A stretch of 63,897 bases of DNA, filler included, from Neolecta irregularis DAH-3 (taxonomy: Eukaryota): NCBI GenBank assembly GCA_001929475.1. It is 16 parts of 16 records of this genome, joined end to end, with 100 filler letters (N's around TTAATTAATTAA, not from the genome) between each part and the next. Parts side by side here need not be neighbours in the genome. Positions count along the whole stretch, not along the records: positions 1 to 1,231 come from LXFE01001406.1; positions 1,332 to 3,560 come from LXFE01001408.1; positions 3,661 to 6,679 come from LXFE01001411.1; positions 6,780 to 9,797 come from LXFE01001414.1; positions 9,898 to 27,245 come from LXFE01001416.1; 11 more parts are not named here. One strand, given 5' to 3'. The notes beneath the pieces are model-generated. The model ran no database searches and was not told where the DNA came from. It was given only the letters and a program-made list of their open reading frames with translations. Both the position numbers and the translations under genes were made by a program. Below, piece by piece: positions 1 to 10,314 of the stretch (positions are counted from its first letter, which is position 1; every line of letters starts with the position of its first letter).

Positions 1-1231
1 GCAAAAATGGAGGAAGCAGCTTCGACTAACCCGACCTCCGACGTCGACCTTGACATCAGAATGATGAGATTTGAGCATTTAATGGATCGACGACCTTTCC
101 TTGTCAATGATGTCCTCCTCCGTCAAAACCCGCATAACGTAGTCGAATGGGAGAAGCGAGTGAGTCTCTGGGGAGATAATAAGTCAATGATCGTGGAGAC
201 TTATTTTAGAGCCCTGGAGGCTATCAACCCGAAGAAAAGTGCTGGCAAATTGTCCAACTTGTGGGTTAACTTTGCGAAAATGTATGAAAATGGTGATGAC
301 TTGCAGAATGCTAGGACAATCATGGAAAAAGCTATTAAAGTACCTTTCAAGAGTCCGAATGAACTAGCAGAGATTTGGTGTCAATGGGCAGAAATGGAAC
401 TACGACATGATCAATTTGGTCAGGCAGTAGAACTGATGAAGAAAGCTACTCAAGCTCCCAAGAAAAGTACTGTCAATTACTTTGACGATGTATGCCTTTA
501 TATGAAAATCTGTTTAATTGGTCTAGAGTCTTACCCCCCAAGCCAGACTTCACAAGTCTACAAAACTATGGAGCTTCTACGTTGACCTGGTGGAAAGTGT
601 GGAGTCCTTGGAAGAGACCAAAGCTGTATATGATCGAATATTCGAATTGAAGATCGTCACATCACAGACTATCGTCAACTATGCGAATTTAATGGAAGAG
701 AATTCATATTTCGAAGAAAGCTTCAAGGTAAATCCCTTAATTTTCGTGTAATGACATTTTAGATATACGAACGAGGTCTCGACTTATTTAGTTACCCAGT
801 AGCATTTGAATTGTGGAATTTGTATCTCGTAAAATTCATGAAACGCTATGTCAGTATTCATTCAAGATTTCTTTAAATGCTGATCGTTCAGGGTGGTACG
901 AAATTAGAACGAACTCGAGATCTTTTTGAGCAGGCTTTAGACGGCTGTCCAGATAAGTTTGCAAAAGCACTATACCTGATGTATGCGGAACTCGAGGAAA
1001 AGTACGGCTTGGTTAGGAATGCTATGCGCATATACGAACGGGCTTCCAAGGCTGTCGCCGAAGAGGATAGATTCGAGGTTGGTCTTTAAGTCACGATCCG
1101 AGATTTTCTCATGCTGCTAGATCTTTACCTTTTACATCACAAAATCAGCTCAAAATTTCGGGCTCACTTCAACCCGACCAATATACGAACGTGCGATTGA
1201 ACGTCTTCCGGATCGTCATGCCAAAGACATA
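1..1231 (+). CDS. SYF1: Pre-mRNA splicing factor SYF1 (HAT repeats), internal multi-exon fragment
   Basis: Motifs RFEHLMDRRPFLVNDVLLRQNPHNVVEW, ELAEIWCQWAEMELR and GGTKLERTRDLFEQAL; four short GT-AG introns; cut by the window start and a contig linker. Confidence 0.95.
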
Positions 1232-1331
1232 NNNNNNNNNNNNNNNNNNNNNNNNNNNNNNNNNNNNNNNNNNNNTTAATTAATTAANNNNNNNNNNNNN
1301 NNNNNNNNNNNNNNNNNNNNNNNNNNNNNNN
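1232..1331. other. Artificial contig linker N..TTAATTAATTAA..N (first of 15)
   Basis: Identical 100-nt spacer with stops in all six frames; also at 3561, 6680, 9798, 27246, 29126, 32571, 34776, 36479, 43496, 45078, 52155, 54113, 58333 and 62426. Confidence 0.99.
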
Positions 1332-1441
1332 GTAGGATATTCCCTGTTTTAGAAAATGGAGATATTTCTTTTGTGTGGCTGGCGAACGCAGCCTAAACTG
1401 AAACAATCCTCTCTGAACCTTTTTTCTACTTATCACAAACC

Positions 1442-2900
1442 ATGTTGTCGATTTTGATGTTCATCGCGTTGTGCGCAAAGCTTTCCTTTGCAAAGCAGAG
1501 CCTCGATTCTTTCAAAAAGGTTGAGGCTACTGTGTTCAAATACTTCTTGGGCTTTGATGAGACGCCTATTCTCTCCAACACTTTGGATTCGAAAATATCT
1601 CCCGAAGAAATTTGTGCTACAGGATGCTTGGATGCCCCATATTTCTGTCGCTCTTTTGTTTTGACAGATGTCGAAAATCAACTCGTATGCCACTACTTTC
1701 TTGAATCAGCACCAATAGTCGGAAATATCGGAAATACTAATGATCCACGATATAAGTTGCGGTCACTATATGAGTATGAAATTGAGATTTTGAAAAGTTG
1801 TCTTATGTTCTAGTCGCACCACTATCGATTTTGTGTCCACTGTTTCAGAATTGTCTAAAGATTATTACCAAATTTCAGGCCAAGACTGGCTAAATAGGGC
1901 AAAGTATCGATATGGCGGCTCTCTCCTAGGCCCAAAAAACTCACCCTTGGATATATTTCTTCAAATGTGCTTTGAAGCTTGTCAATTGGCCAATATGCGA
2001 CTTATGGATCCTATACCCTCAAGTACTATGACAGCTTCGCGATCAGATATTCTTGCTCGAAAGCCACTCATTTCCGCATTCAAGTCATGGAATGCTGAAC
2101 ATCCTCAATCTTCGACTTCCTTTTATCAACTTGTATTGCTTTTTCTCAGGTTGTCTTATGGACACCGAGACAACTTTTCCTATTATTCCAGCCAGTATTT
2201 CTTTGCCATACTTGATCGGGATTTTGTTGAGTATCCTGATCGAACTGATGTTCCTCGAGTATTGGTCTTTCCGTTTGATTCAGGCCACTATGTGACAATC
2301 ACAGCTGGCCTATCCCATGATGAGATCACATACATAACTGATGGTGATACTGCCCAAGCAAAAAAGAGGGTAGATGAGGCTTGGGAAATATACCGACAGC
2401 AGTCAGATGAGCTACTTGAGCTACTACCAGGGACAACGAAGCTTCGGCTGCTAGATGGCGTTAGCATGACAAAGATTATCACGTACACCTCAGACCAATT
2501 TTCTCAGCCTGAGCTTCACCGAAAATTGGCAATAGCAGTGGTCGGGCACGTTGCGACAGTAATGGACCTTTCAAATAATATACAGTTCAATAACCCACTT
2601 CCATCAAAGGCCATAAAGGAGATGATGACATTTGTATTATCATGGGTTTACAAGGTTCGTCAATCAGATCTCGAACCAAATATTTTTATCGCTCAAAAAA
2701 TTAAAAGTATTCTGGAGACTTCGGAAAGAGACTCTCAAAATGGAGTAACCAGAACGATTGCAGATGTCAGTATTATAACAGGTTCCAGAGATCTGGAAGC
2801 GGGGACTTCAGAAACCAACTCTCACAGGCGCATAACCGGCCGAAAGAGAAAGAATGAATCAGACAGCGATCTGGAGACAAAAAGAACTAAATACATGTGA
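1442..2900 (+). CDS. Secreted protein with PAN/apple-like header, orphan C-terminal domain and NLS-like tail (2 exons, about 472 aa)
   Basis: Signal peptide MLSILMFIALCAKLSFA; CATGCLDAPYFCRSF..VCHYF; phase-2 intron 1774-1813 (GTATGA..TAG) joins ORFs 1442 and 1833 in frame; C-terminus RRITGRKRK..KRTK. Confidence 0.75.
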
Positions 2901-3013
2901 ATTTATCACTAGGGCAGTGAAATATTTTCTTTCTCTTACTTTCTATATTCAATTAAACTTGTGTTTGAATGCCTCGATGTGGGTCCTAAGAATAACCCCG
3001 AAAGAGGTGAGGG

Positions 3014-3345
3014 TTAGGTATCGGCGCCAGCCCACATGCGTACAGGCAGCGGCTCCGGCGGAAACCCGCGCTTCCGCTGCGTATGCACCAAGCGCAGCCC
3101 CGCCTGCGCAAACACTGCCTCCAGCGCGGCCGCACTGCGCGTCACACTGCTGTCCTCCGCGTTAAACACAGGCCCCGCCTCGCTCACGTTCTCCTGCCCG
3201 CCAGCGCCTTCTCCCCGTGGCCGACCTTGACAAACACCACGCCGCCCGCCCGAAGCCCTCGCCCGAACCGCTGCAGCGGCCCCGCCAGCGCGCCGTCCTT
3301 GAGGTGCCCCATCGTCCACTGCATCCTCGCGTCAGCCAGCCCCAA
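3014..3345 (-). pseudogene. TAE1: 5'-truncated fragment of alpha-N-terminal protein methyltransferase (NTM1/TAE1)
   Basis: Spliced (intron 3194-3225) it reads MQWTMGHLKD..GGVVFVK/ENVSEAGPVFNAEDSSVTRS..GFPPEPLPVRMWA, matching the NTM1 C-terminal half; GC-rich island in AT-rich DNA; upstream exons absent. Confidence 0.75.
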
Positions 3346-3660
3346 CTCAGAGCCAATTTAAGTGTTGGAGCTCGAGTACAACAAGATCAGGTATATTTCC
3401 TAAATATACTGAACCTTTTTTTGGATTCCAATTCGCCGTGATAAAATGAATGTTTGCTACTGTAAGTGTTCCCCTGAAGTACAAATAAGACCCGGTATAT
3501 ATTCTAACCAAGGTAAGTGAACTTCCTATATACATGAGTATACCTAACCAAGGTAAGTGANNNNNNNNNNNNNNNNNNNNNNNNNNNNNNNNNNNNNNNN
3601 NNNNTTAATTAATTAANNNNNNNNNNNNNNNNNNNNNNNNNNNNNNNNNNNNNNNNNNNN

Positions 3661-3980
3661 GCTTCCAAGACTTCGAACTGAAGATTGTGGTATCCTAGAA
3701 TCTTGTTCGTGTATGTTCGCCGTTCTGCAGTTGTAGTAATCACGTATACATGCTCAAAGCCAAACGTTGAATTGCTCTTGTCAGTAGGCGACATTTTCAC
3801 ATAAACGACATTGCAAAGACGTAGCCATTCAGCAGTGAAATAACTACTATCAGTTAAGCCCAGTTTCCTGTTGTACGCGAAAAATAAAGTGGTGATTAAA
3901 ATAAAGGCTCCCTTTAGCCATCTATTCGAAATACGAAATAATCGGAGAGCCCTTTGAAGAGGTAGAAATGGAGAGCGCAT
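3661..3980 (-). CDS. Glycosyltransferase family 25-like type II membrane protein, 5' part
   Basis: N-terminal TM, then NSTFGFEHVYVI...RR, typical of the fungal GT25 N-terminus; truncated by a linker. Confidence 0.65.
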
Positions 3981-4079
3981 AGAGGAGCTGTAATCTCACA
4001 GGTTGTGGAAAAGAGGTCTATCGTGCTATACGATAGCTGAAACCCCAAGCTCACTCGAGAATAAATTAAGGGTGCGTTT

Positions 4080-4300
4080 GTTTTATAAAATGGGTCTTCT
4101 TGAAATTCGAATTTTGCGCGTTTGGTGCGCACCACACTTCATAAAATATGATTTTTCTTGAAATTCGAATTTTAGTCGCGCCTTTGGTGGGCTCCATATT
4201 TTATAAAATATTGCTCTTCAAAAAATTCGAATTTTAGGCGCGCGTTTGGTGCGCACCACATTTTACAAAATAGGGCTTTTCATGTTAGGCGCGCCTTGGG
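4080..4300 (+). repeat. About 3.5 copies of a 60-bp subterminal repeat (TTTATAAAAT..TGAAATTCGAATTTT..GCGCGTTTGGTGCGCACCACA)
   Basis: Visible tandem units with a reverse-complement copy near the right end of the element. Confidence 0.85.
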
Positions 4301-5032
4301 TGAGGATCCTCCCATATTCTTCAAAAAAGAAAAAACAGGTGTAGACCTGTTTTATACGAAGATACCAAAGTGGAAAAATCGCCCAAGTCCCACTCCCACA
4401 ATACCCATCTGGAACAATTGGTACTCTACAATCTGCTATTACAAAGTCTAGATAGTATTTCAATCCCTAATGTTTTGGAATAAGCAGTCTGAATAGTGTC
4501 GCCTGGGTCCATGGGCCAGCCCAGCCCTCTGAAAATCCCATGGGCTTTGGCCCTCCCCAAGACAGGTTGTATGACGAAGCAGGCAGCAGTACCCTTTATG
4601 GGGGAATATGCAGTGGAGCGGCTGATGGCAAAGAGGACATGCTTACAGCAGGGGTAGCATGGTATAGCAGGAGCAGGGTCAGCTGCAACTTCCTACCACT
4701 AGATGGAGATGGAGGGCCACCATGCAAGGGGTTCACCAGACTCCAACATCCACGATGCCAGCCTGGCATACAAGCCCAACAGCTTCGTGAAGCAGTTGGT
4801 TAGTATCACCTGCACAAGCTGCATCTCATCGCCTACTACAGCCATGCCCAGCTGGGGGTGATGCAGACACCCTCGCAGGGCCCACGTCTTAGAGGCATTG
4901 TCCCGCCGGCCGTGCGAGACAGAGTGGGGGATGGTCTGGAGGTGGGCGTAGCGATCGAGGAGGGTGATGACGGTGCTCTCACCACCAGGGATGATGAGGG
5001 AGGGCATCCCAGCGGGCGAGGTGGATGGTCAG

Positions 5033-5791
5033 CAGTGTTGGGGATGGACCATGGACCGGATGGACCGTGTCACGTGATATTGGATTCCTATTATGAAAAT
5101 AGCTGCTACAGGATCAACACATCCTTGATTCTCCACAACTCCCTCGCCTACCTGCCTCGCCTGCCCACCTCTTCAGCCTTGCATGCCTGTCTCGCACCTC
5201 GCCAGACCCACCCGCCGTTCCAGTCCCACCCGACTTTCTAGTCCTGCCCGCCTTTCCCGTCCTACCAGTCCCTCCTTTCTCTCCTGTCTTTCCCATTCCG
5301 CCCGTGTCTACTCTCCTCCCGCCCGTGCCTCCTCTCCCGTCCTGCGCGTCCTGTCCCACCTTGCCCATCCCGCCAGTCCGTGTCCCGCCCATGCGTCCTC
5401 TCCCATCCCACCCGCCTCCCCTGTCCCGCCAGTCCTTCCTATCTTGCGCACCACTCTTGCACCACCTCCCATCTTGAGCTCCTGTCTTGCCCACCTCTCT
5501 TACCTCTCAAACATCACACTATGGATAAGAATTAGGAATAGAGAGGGACACAAGTACTAGAAAGTATATCATATAGAAATCTTTATGAACATATCAATGC
5601 TTAGAGTCTGGGAACAATCACTATTCTACAATCTCCTACTAAAAAGCCTAGGTAGTATCTCAATGTAAAACACTTTGGCATTGGAAAGCTCATATCAGGA
5701 AAATGGTAATCACATGATATGCATGGACCATGGACTCGACATGACCCTTGGAAAAGTCCATGGGCTGGACTTTGGTCCATCCCCAACACTG
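5033..5791. mobile_element. hAT-like MITE nested in the Harbinger element
   Basis: Perfect 19-bp TIR CAGTGTTGGGGATGGACCA / TGGTCCATCCCCAACACTG; GGACCATGGA-type subterminal motifs at both ends; no transposase; TSD only degenerate. Confidence 0.7.
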
Positions 5792-6336
5792 GGACGGTGG
5801 CGGTGATGGGCAGGGCCGCGACAGAGAGTGCGTGGGCAAGGCGGGCGAGCCAAATTTTATAAAATGTGGAGCGCACCAAACGCGCGCTGAAAATTCGAAT
5901 TTCAAGAGAAGTCATTAGTTTGGCGCGCACAAACGCACCGCACCCTAAGTAAAATTGAGGAAAGCACTCCACGACATCGAGTTTTGAGAGAATCTATGAA
6001 ATTCCCAAAGTGCTAGTTACCACAGGTTTCAATACCTCGAGGAAGCAAGCGTAAGCATTAGTAGCTGGCCTGTCATTGTTTGCCGCGGTCCATAATACAT
6101 TTGGGCAAAGCTTTTTCGTTGAACGGATTATCCTGACGAGTCTATCATGTCGTACACGATGTCATCTTTTTCAACAATGTCACCATCGATTTTAAAGTAT
6201 ATCTTATTTTAAAGTAATATTGCCATTTGGTTTCTTTGTTTTGCTGGTAATCTTCAAACACTGTCCTACTCTCGTTACGATTTACGTACGACTATTACAG
6301 ATGATTGTGTATTAATAATTATTCAAACCTTCACTT

Positions 6337-6679
6337 TCAATACCAATATGCCAAACCCAGTTTATCTGCCGTGCTCAATTTCCTGGGATAAACCCACCGT
6401 TGTCTCCAATTTATTTCAGTGTCGGCAGAAGGCCTTTCAGTATGAATAGCTGTGAGCCCATCTGATTTCAAAGGCCTCTGAATCATCAAAGGCGGAAATG
6501 CTGCATAGCCGATCATCTGGCTCGTCCTCAAAGGGTAGTTGAAAGCGGTTAGATCTACCCCGTATATAGACGGATTTTCCGTCCAACCTAGCAGTTTTGG
6601 AACGATAGACTGTTTAACCGCGTATGAATGTGCACATACAGTCCTGTTTACTGCACGAAGATGAAATTGACCTAATGCC
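6337..6679 (-). CDS. Glycosyltransferase family 25-like protein, 3' part
   Basis: Open frame from the contig end: ..RTVCAHSYAVKQSIVPKLL..GVDL..AAFPPLMIQ.., resembling the GT25 C-terminal C-x-x-x-YAV..KLL and P-P-L motifs. Confidence 0.55.
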
Positions 6680-6780
6680 NNNNNNNNNNNNNNNNNNNNN
6701 NNNNNNNNNNNNNNNNNNNNNNNTTAATTAATTAANNNNNNNNNNNNNNNNNNNNNNNNNNNNNNNNNNNNNNNNNNNNC

Positions 6781-7129
6781 GTCGCCCAGGCGCTGCTCGC
6801 GTTCGGCGCCGCGTCCGCCGCCGCCGCCGCGCAGTGCCCGCGCGAGCTCGCGTACCTGTGCCAGACGCGCGCCGCACACGAGTCCGTCGCGCTGCACGCG
6901 CTGCTCAAACAGCCGGAACCGCTCGCGGCCTGGCACGCGTACCACCTGCTCCATCTCGCGGCGGTCCTGCTCGGCGACGCCTACCGCGAAGCCCTCTTTG
7001 GCCTCGGCTGGCTGTTCTTTGCCGCCAGGCTGTCGATCCCCCTGCACCTCGCAAGGGCCAAGTACGCCTTCTACCGCCGCCGCCTCGCCGCCTGCCCCCT
7101 CCACGCCCCCCTCGACTCCTCGCCCCTGA
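6781..7129 (+). CDS. 3' end of an unidentified GC-rich gene
   Basis: Open frame VAQALLAFG..AWHAYHLLHLAAVLLGDAYREALFGLGWLFF.. with near-exclusive G/C at third codon positions. Confidence 0.45.
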
Positions 7130-7904
7130 CGCTCGTCCGGTCCGCCCTGCTGGACTTGTCCTGCCAGTACACGCCCTTTGTGTATGTATAGCGTGATATC
7201 AGATTCATATTACGTCGGTAAATATAATATCAGTGTCTGTGTCCGCGGTTTCGATCGCAGGGCTTCCTGCTGCTCGCCGTGCTCGATCCAGCCAGTCCTG
7301 CCAGCCACATTCCAGACCATCGCTTGATACGCATCCGTGAAAAACGCGTGTCGCGAAACTTCCACGTGCTCAACTCACCACCGTACAGCAACGCGTTGGT
7401 ATTGCAAATTCGCTGTACGTTGCTTCAAATCGGTAGGTTCTGCAGATACACTCTTGACATTAGTCAGCCGAGCTATATCTTGGCCGCTACGTACTACGAG
7501 ACAAAGAGATTTCTGTCCTCGAGATTGCGTTCTTAGAATATTGTCCTTGGTGAGTGGTCGTATCAGAAGTAGATAAATCCCGGTATAGAATAGGTCAGAA
7601 GGAGGGAAGTAGATTTGGAATGAGATAGGTCAAGGAAATAGTTGCGGAACATGGAACAGCAAGCCATAATACTAGTAGATAAATACAGTTTCGGTAACTG
7701 TCGGAACTCCTATATCCGCATTTGAGACCTACTGACACAATTTAAGTAAAGTTCCCGCCAGATTTCTACTTCGGGTTTTGTCCGAGGTCTAAATCAGACT
7801 AGAAAGTAAGAAAACAGAAAAATTACATCGTCTTCGCGATATGCCTTCGTCCCCCATTCCTTTCTGCCTCTATCCCCAGTTACTTTCCACCGCTCTATTA
7901 TTAA

Positions 7905-9112
7905 ATGAACTTGATCGTGCCCTTGCTCCTGGCCTCAAACTATGAACTTGTCAACAGAGAAGAAAAGGAATGGTCGATTGGTCCAGTGTCATTTTTTAAA
8001 CCGAATCCGCAAAGTCTCTTTTGGACCGCGTACGGTGTCTATGACCGCGGAAACCTCGAGGAGACAGTGCAGTACTGTTCCAAGGCTTGTAACAATGCTG
8101 TGTTTCATTGCGCCTCATTTGCTGTCGCCAAAGTATCCAGAGAAAATGTCTGTGCTCTTTTCCCTCGTATGCCGACGCCTATCGACCCCAGTAGACTGGT
8201 GTTTCAGGGTGGGATGCCAGCGAATGTGAAGACTATTATTTATCGGTTGCTGCTACTTGTGGTAATCACACCACTGACGTAATCAGACCAGTTCCTCCTC
8301 GCAAGGGTCCTCCCGCGATACTAAGAACGATATGGGAATATGCTACCTATCAAGACTGGAAGGCTCGAGTCGTTGAAAAATATGACCTCGGCCCGGAACA
8401 CATCTTGCCCTTGAGATTTTTCTATGCTCTGTTATTCGAGTATCCGTTTCCTCCATCATCGGACGCTATTCAATCGGATAAGAAGGCTTTCGAAATGATC
8501 CTCCAGAATCCTTTTTCATATAGTACCAGTTTCTCGCCAATAGAACATATCACCAAACTCCGGAATGAATTCACAAAGGGATTCAATGTCCTTGATTTAG
8601 ACAACCATTCAGAGCTTATAAATGCGATCCTGGCGACTTTTAGAGCAGGAAAAGAACGCGCCCAACTTGACGCATGCGTCGACAATGATAAAAACATTAA
8701 CCCAAATGTATGGGATGTTCAATATAACCAATATGAACCGCTCAAGAAACCTTTTATCGTGCTAGAGCACTTTATTGATAAAATTCATGTCGTAGTTTTT
8801 TCCATCGGCTTCGAATTTTCGTCAGAGGAAAAGTCTCGGCTATTTTTAAAACCTGTCGAATTTCAATTTCTATATCCTGAAGAACATGGATTTGAAAAGA
8901 AAACCGCCGAGTTTGTTATTCAAGTTTATATCAACGCGTTGTTGTACGGCAATCACCCAAATAACTGGAAATTTTCCCAAAATTCATTTTTCAAGGATGC
9001 TTATCTCGCGATGATATGGACTGCCATTGGTGGGAATGAATCCAAGGTTCCGTGGATCTCACAAACTCGGACTAGACATGCCGATGCTTCTTTTATCTTT
9101 ACTGAGGAATAA
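7905..9112 (+). CDS. PAN/apple-like header plus orphan C-terminal domain protein (2 exons, about 388 aa)
   Basis: CSKACNNAVFHCASF..VCALF; phase-2 intron 8246-8286 (GTTGCT..CTGAC..CAG) joins ORFs 7905 and 8405; shares QDWxxR..Y..GP..PL..F..FE with the 1442 gene; short hydrophobic N-terminus. Confidence 0.7.
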
Positions 9113-9666
9113 AAAGTTTTCTATTCCAGATACTAGTTTAATGATTTGTGTATGTTCCAGTTGAGATAGTGTTTTTTAACAAGCAGGTCGTCGCCCAAGT
9201 TAGCGTAGTCCTGGCGAAAAATTGAACTAGTTGTATAGAGGCCCGGGTGTATCTGATTTACAAATAGCTATACAAGTCGACAACAGAGAAACAGGTTCAC
9301 TTGGAGGTCTATGATCAAGGAGAAGCAGAAGAACAAGGATAGGACACGAGCGAGAAATCAGGGCTGAACTCGGGAAGAAATCTAGAGTTCATATGATACG
9401 GAACTGGCCGCAGAGGTGCCGAATGTCTCAGGCAATCTTTGAACAGAAACAAAAAATCGAGTCATCCACACGCATGTCTGACCTGATCTGTCTCATTGGG
9501 TTTCAGTTAAAAGATAAAAAGGATCCCTCGTTCTTCAATATCCCTCGCAGAACCTTATTGCAGTCACTCTCAAAGACCACCAGTTTCTATATTCGCCAAA
9601 ACATATCATCCAGATCCGTTAAAACATCCAGATTTCACTATAAATAATATTTACTCCTTATCTGCA

Positions 9667-9797
9667 ATGAGATCGATTTTGTTCGCCCTGTCATTGATTT
9701 CAGTCTCCGCAATCGAAAACTACCAACTTGCTGAAGAGAAGAACTTGGACTGGTATCGCGACCCATATCTTGCGACACCTCCAGAAGTTCTCTTTTG
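9667..9797 (+). CDS. Secreted protein, tandem paralogue of the 7905 gene (5' fragment)
   Basis: Signal peptide MRSILFALSLISVSA followed by NYQL..W, similar to NYEL..W of 7905; truncated by a linker. Confidence 0.55.
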
Positions 9798-9897
9798 NNN
9801 NNNNNNNNNNNNNNNNNNNNNNNNNNNNNNNNNNNNNNNNNTTAATTAATTAANNNNNNNNNNNNNNNNNNNNNNNNNNNNNNNNNNNNNNNNNNNN

Positions 9898-10239
9898 GGG
9901 CAGCCGCTGCGCAACAGGGCGCGGTCCAGCGTGTGCACGGCGGCCTCTGGCTGCTGCTGCTGCACCAGCCGCACCGCCTGCACCAGCGCGGTGTCTGCGT
10001 CCAGCGCGCGCCAGCACCCGCCCTCGCGGATGTGCTGCTGGGCCAGCAGTGGCAGTGACAGCGACAGTTCGGTGTCGTTCGCCTGCCCCTCGCTGCCTAG
10101 CGCATACTCCCGCAGCTGGCTCGCAATCCCAGCCCCGCACGCGCCCACCCGCTCTGCCCTTAGCCCGCAGTCCTGCGGCACACATACCCGTGCTCTCGGC
10201 CGCAATCCGCTGCAGTATCTCCTCCAGCTGCGCTTCCAT
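9898..10239 (-). CDS. JmjC protein JMJD5/KDM8-like, 5' part
   Basis: CWRALDADTAL..VHTLDRALLRSGC resembles the fungal JMJD5 N-terminal CWRRLYTDA..LDRALI.G motif; one short intron. Confidence 0.5.
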
Positions 10240-10314
10240 GGTTCGTCGACGTCGTTCCGCCCACGTGATCGAGGGCTCCTTATATGACCCTCCCCCCTCC
10301 CCTCCCCTCTCTGC

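Larger units (their letters stand above)
4070..5945. mobile_element. Non-autonomous PIF/Harbinger (Tourist-like) element
   Basis: Termini GGGTGCGTTTGT / ACAAACGCACCGCACCC flanked by TAA on both sides (4067-4069, 5946-5948); about 60-bp subterminal repeats at 4080-4300 occur inverted at 5855-5908. Confidence 0.75.

Noticed and set aside
3504..3560. 40-bp-period duplication CTAACCAAGGTAAGTGA; also 18-bp repeats and (AT)n at 29043-29125
   Set aside because: Simple repeats at contig ends that explain the assembly breaks; no further structure
4080..4300. Regularly spaced partly palindromic repeats resembling a CRISPR array
   Set aside because: No unique spacers, eukaryotic context and no cas genes; they are transposon subterminal repeats
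5114..5560. Gly/Arg- and Pro/Ser-rich ORFs
   Set aside because: Low-complexity pyrimidine-rich interior of the MITE; no protein signature
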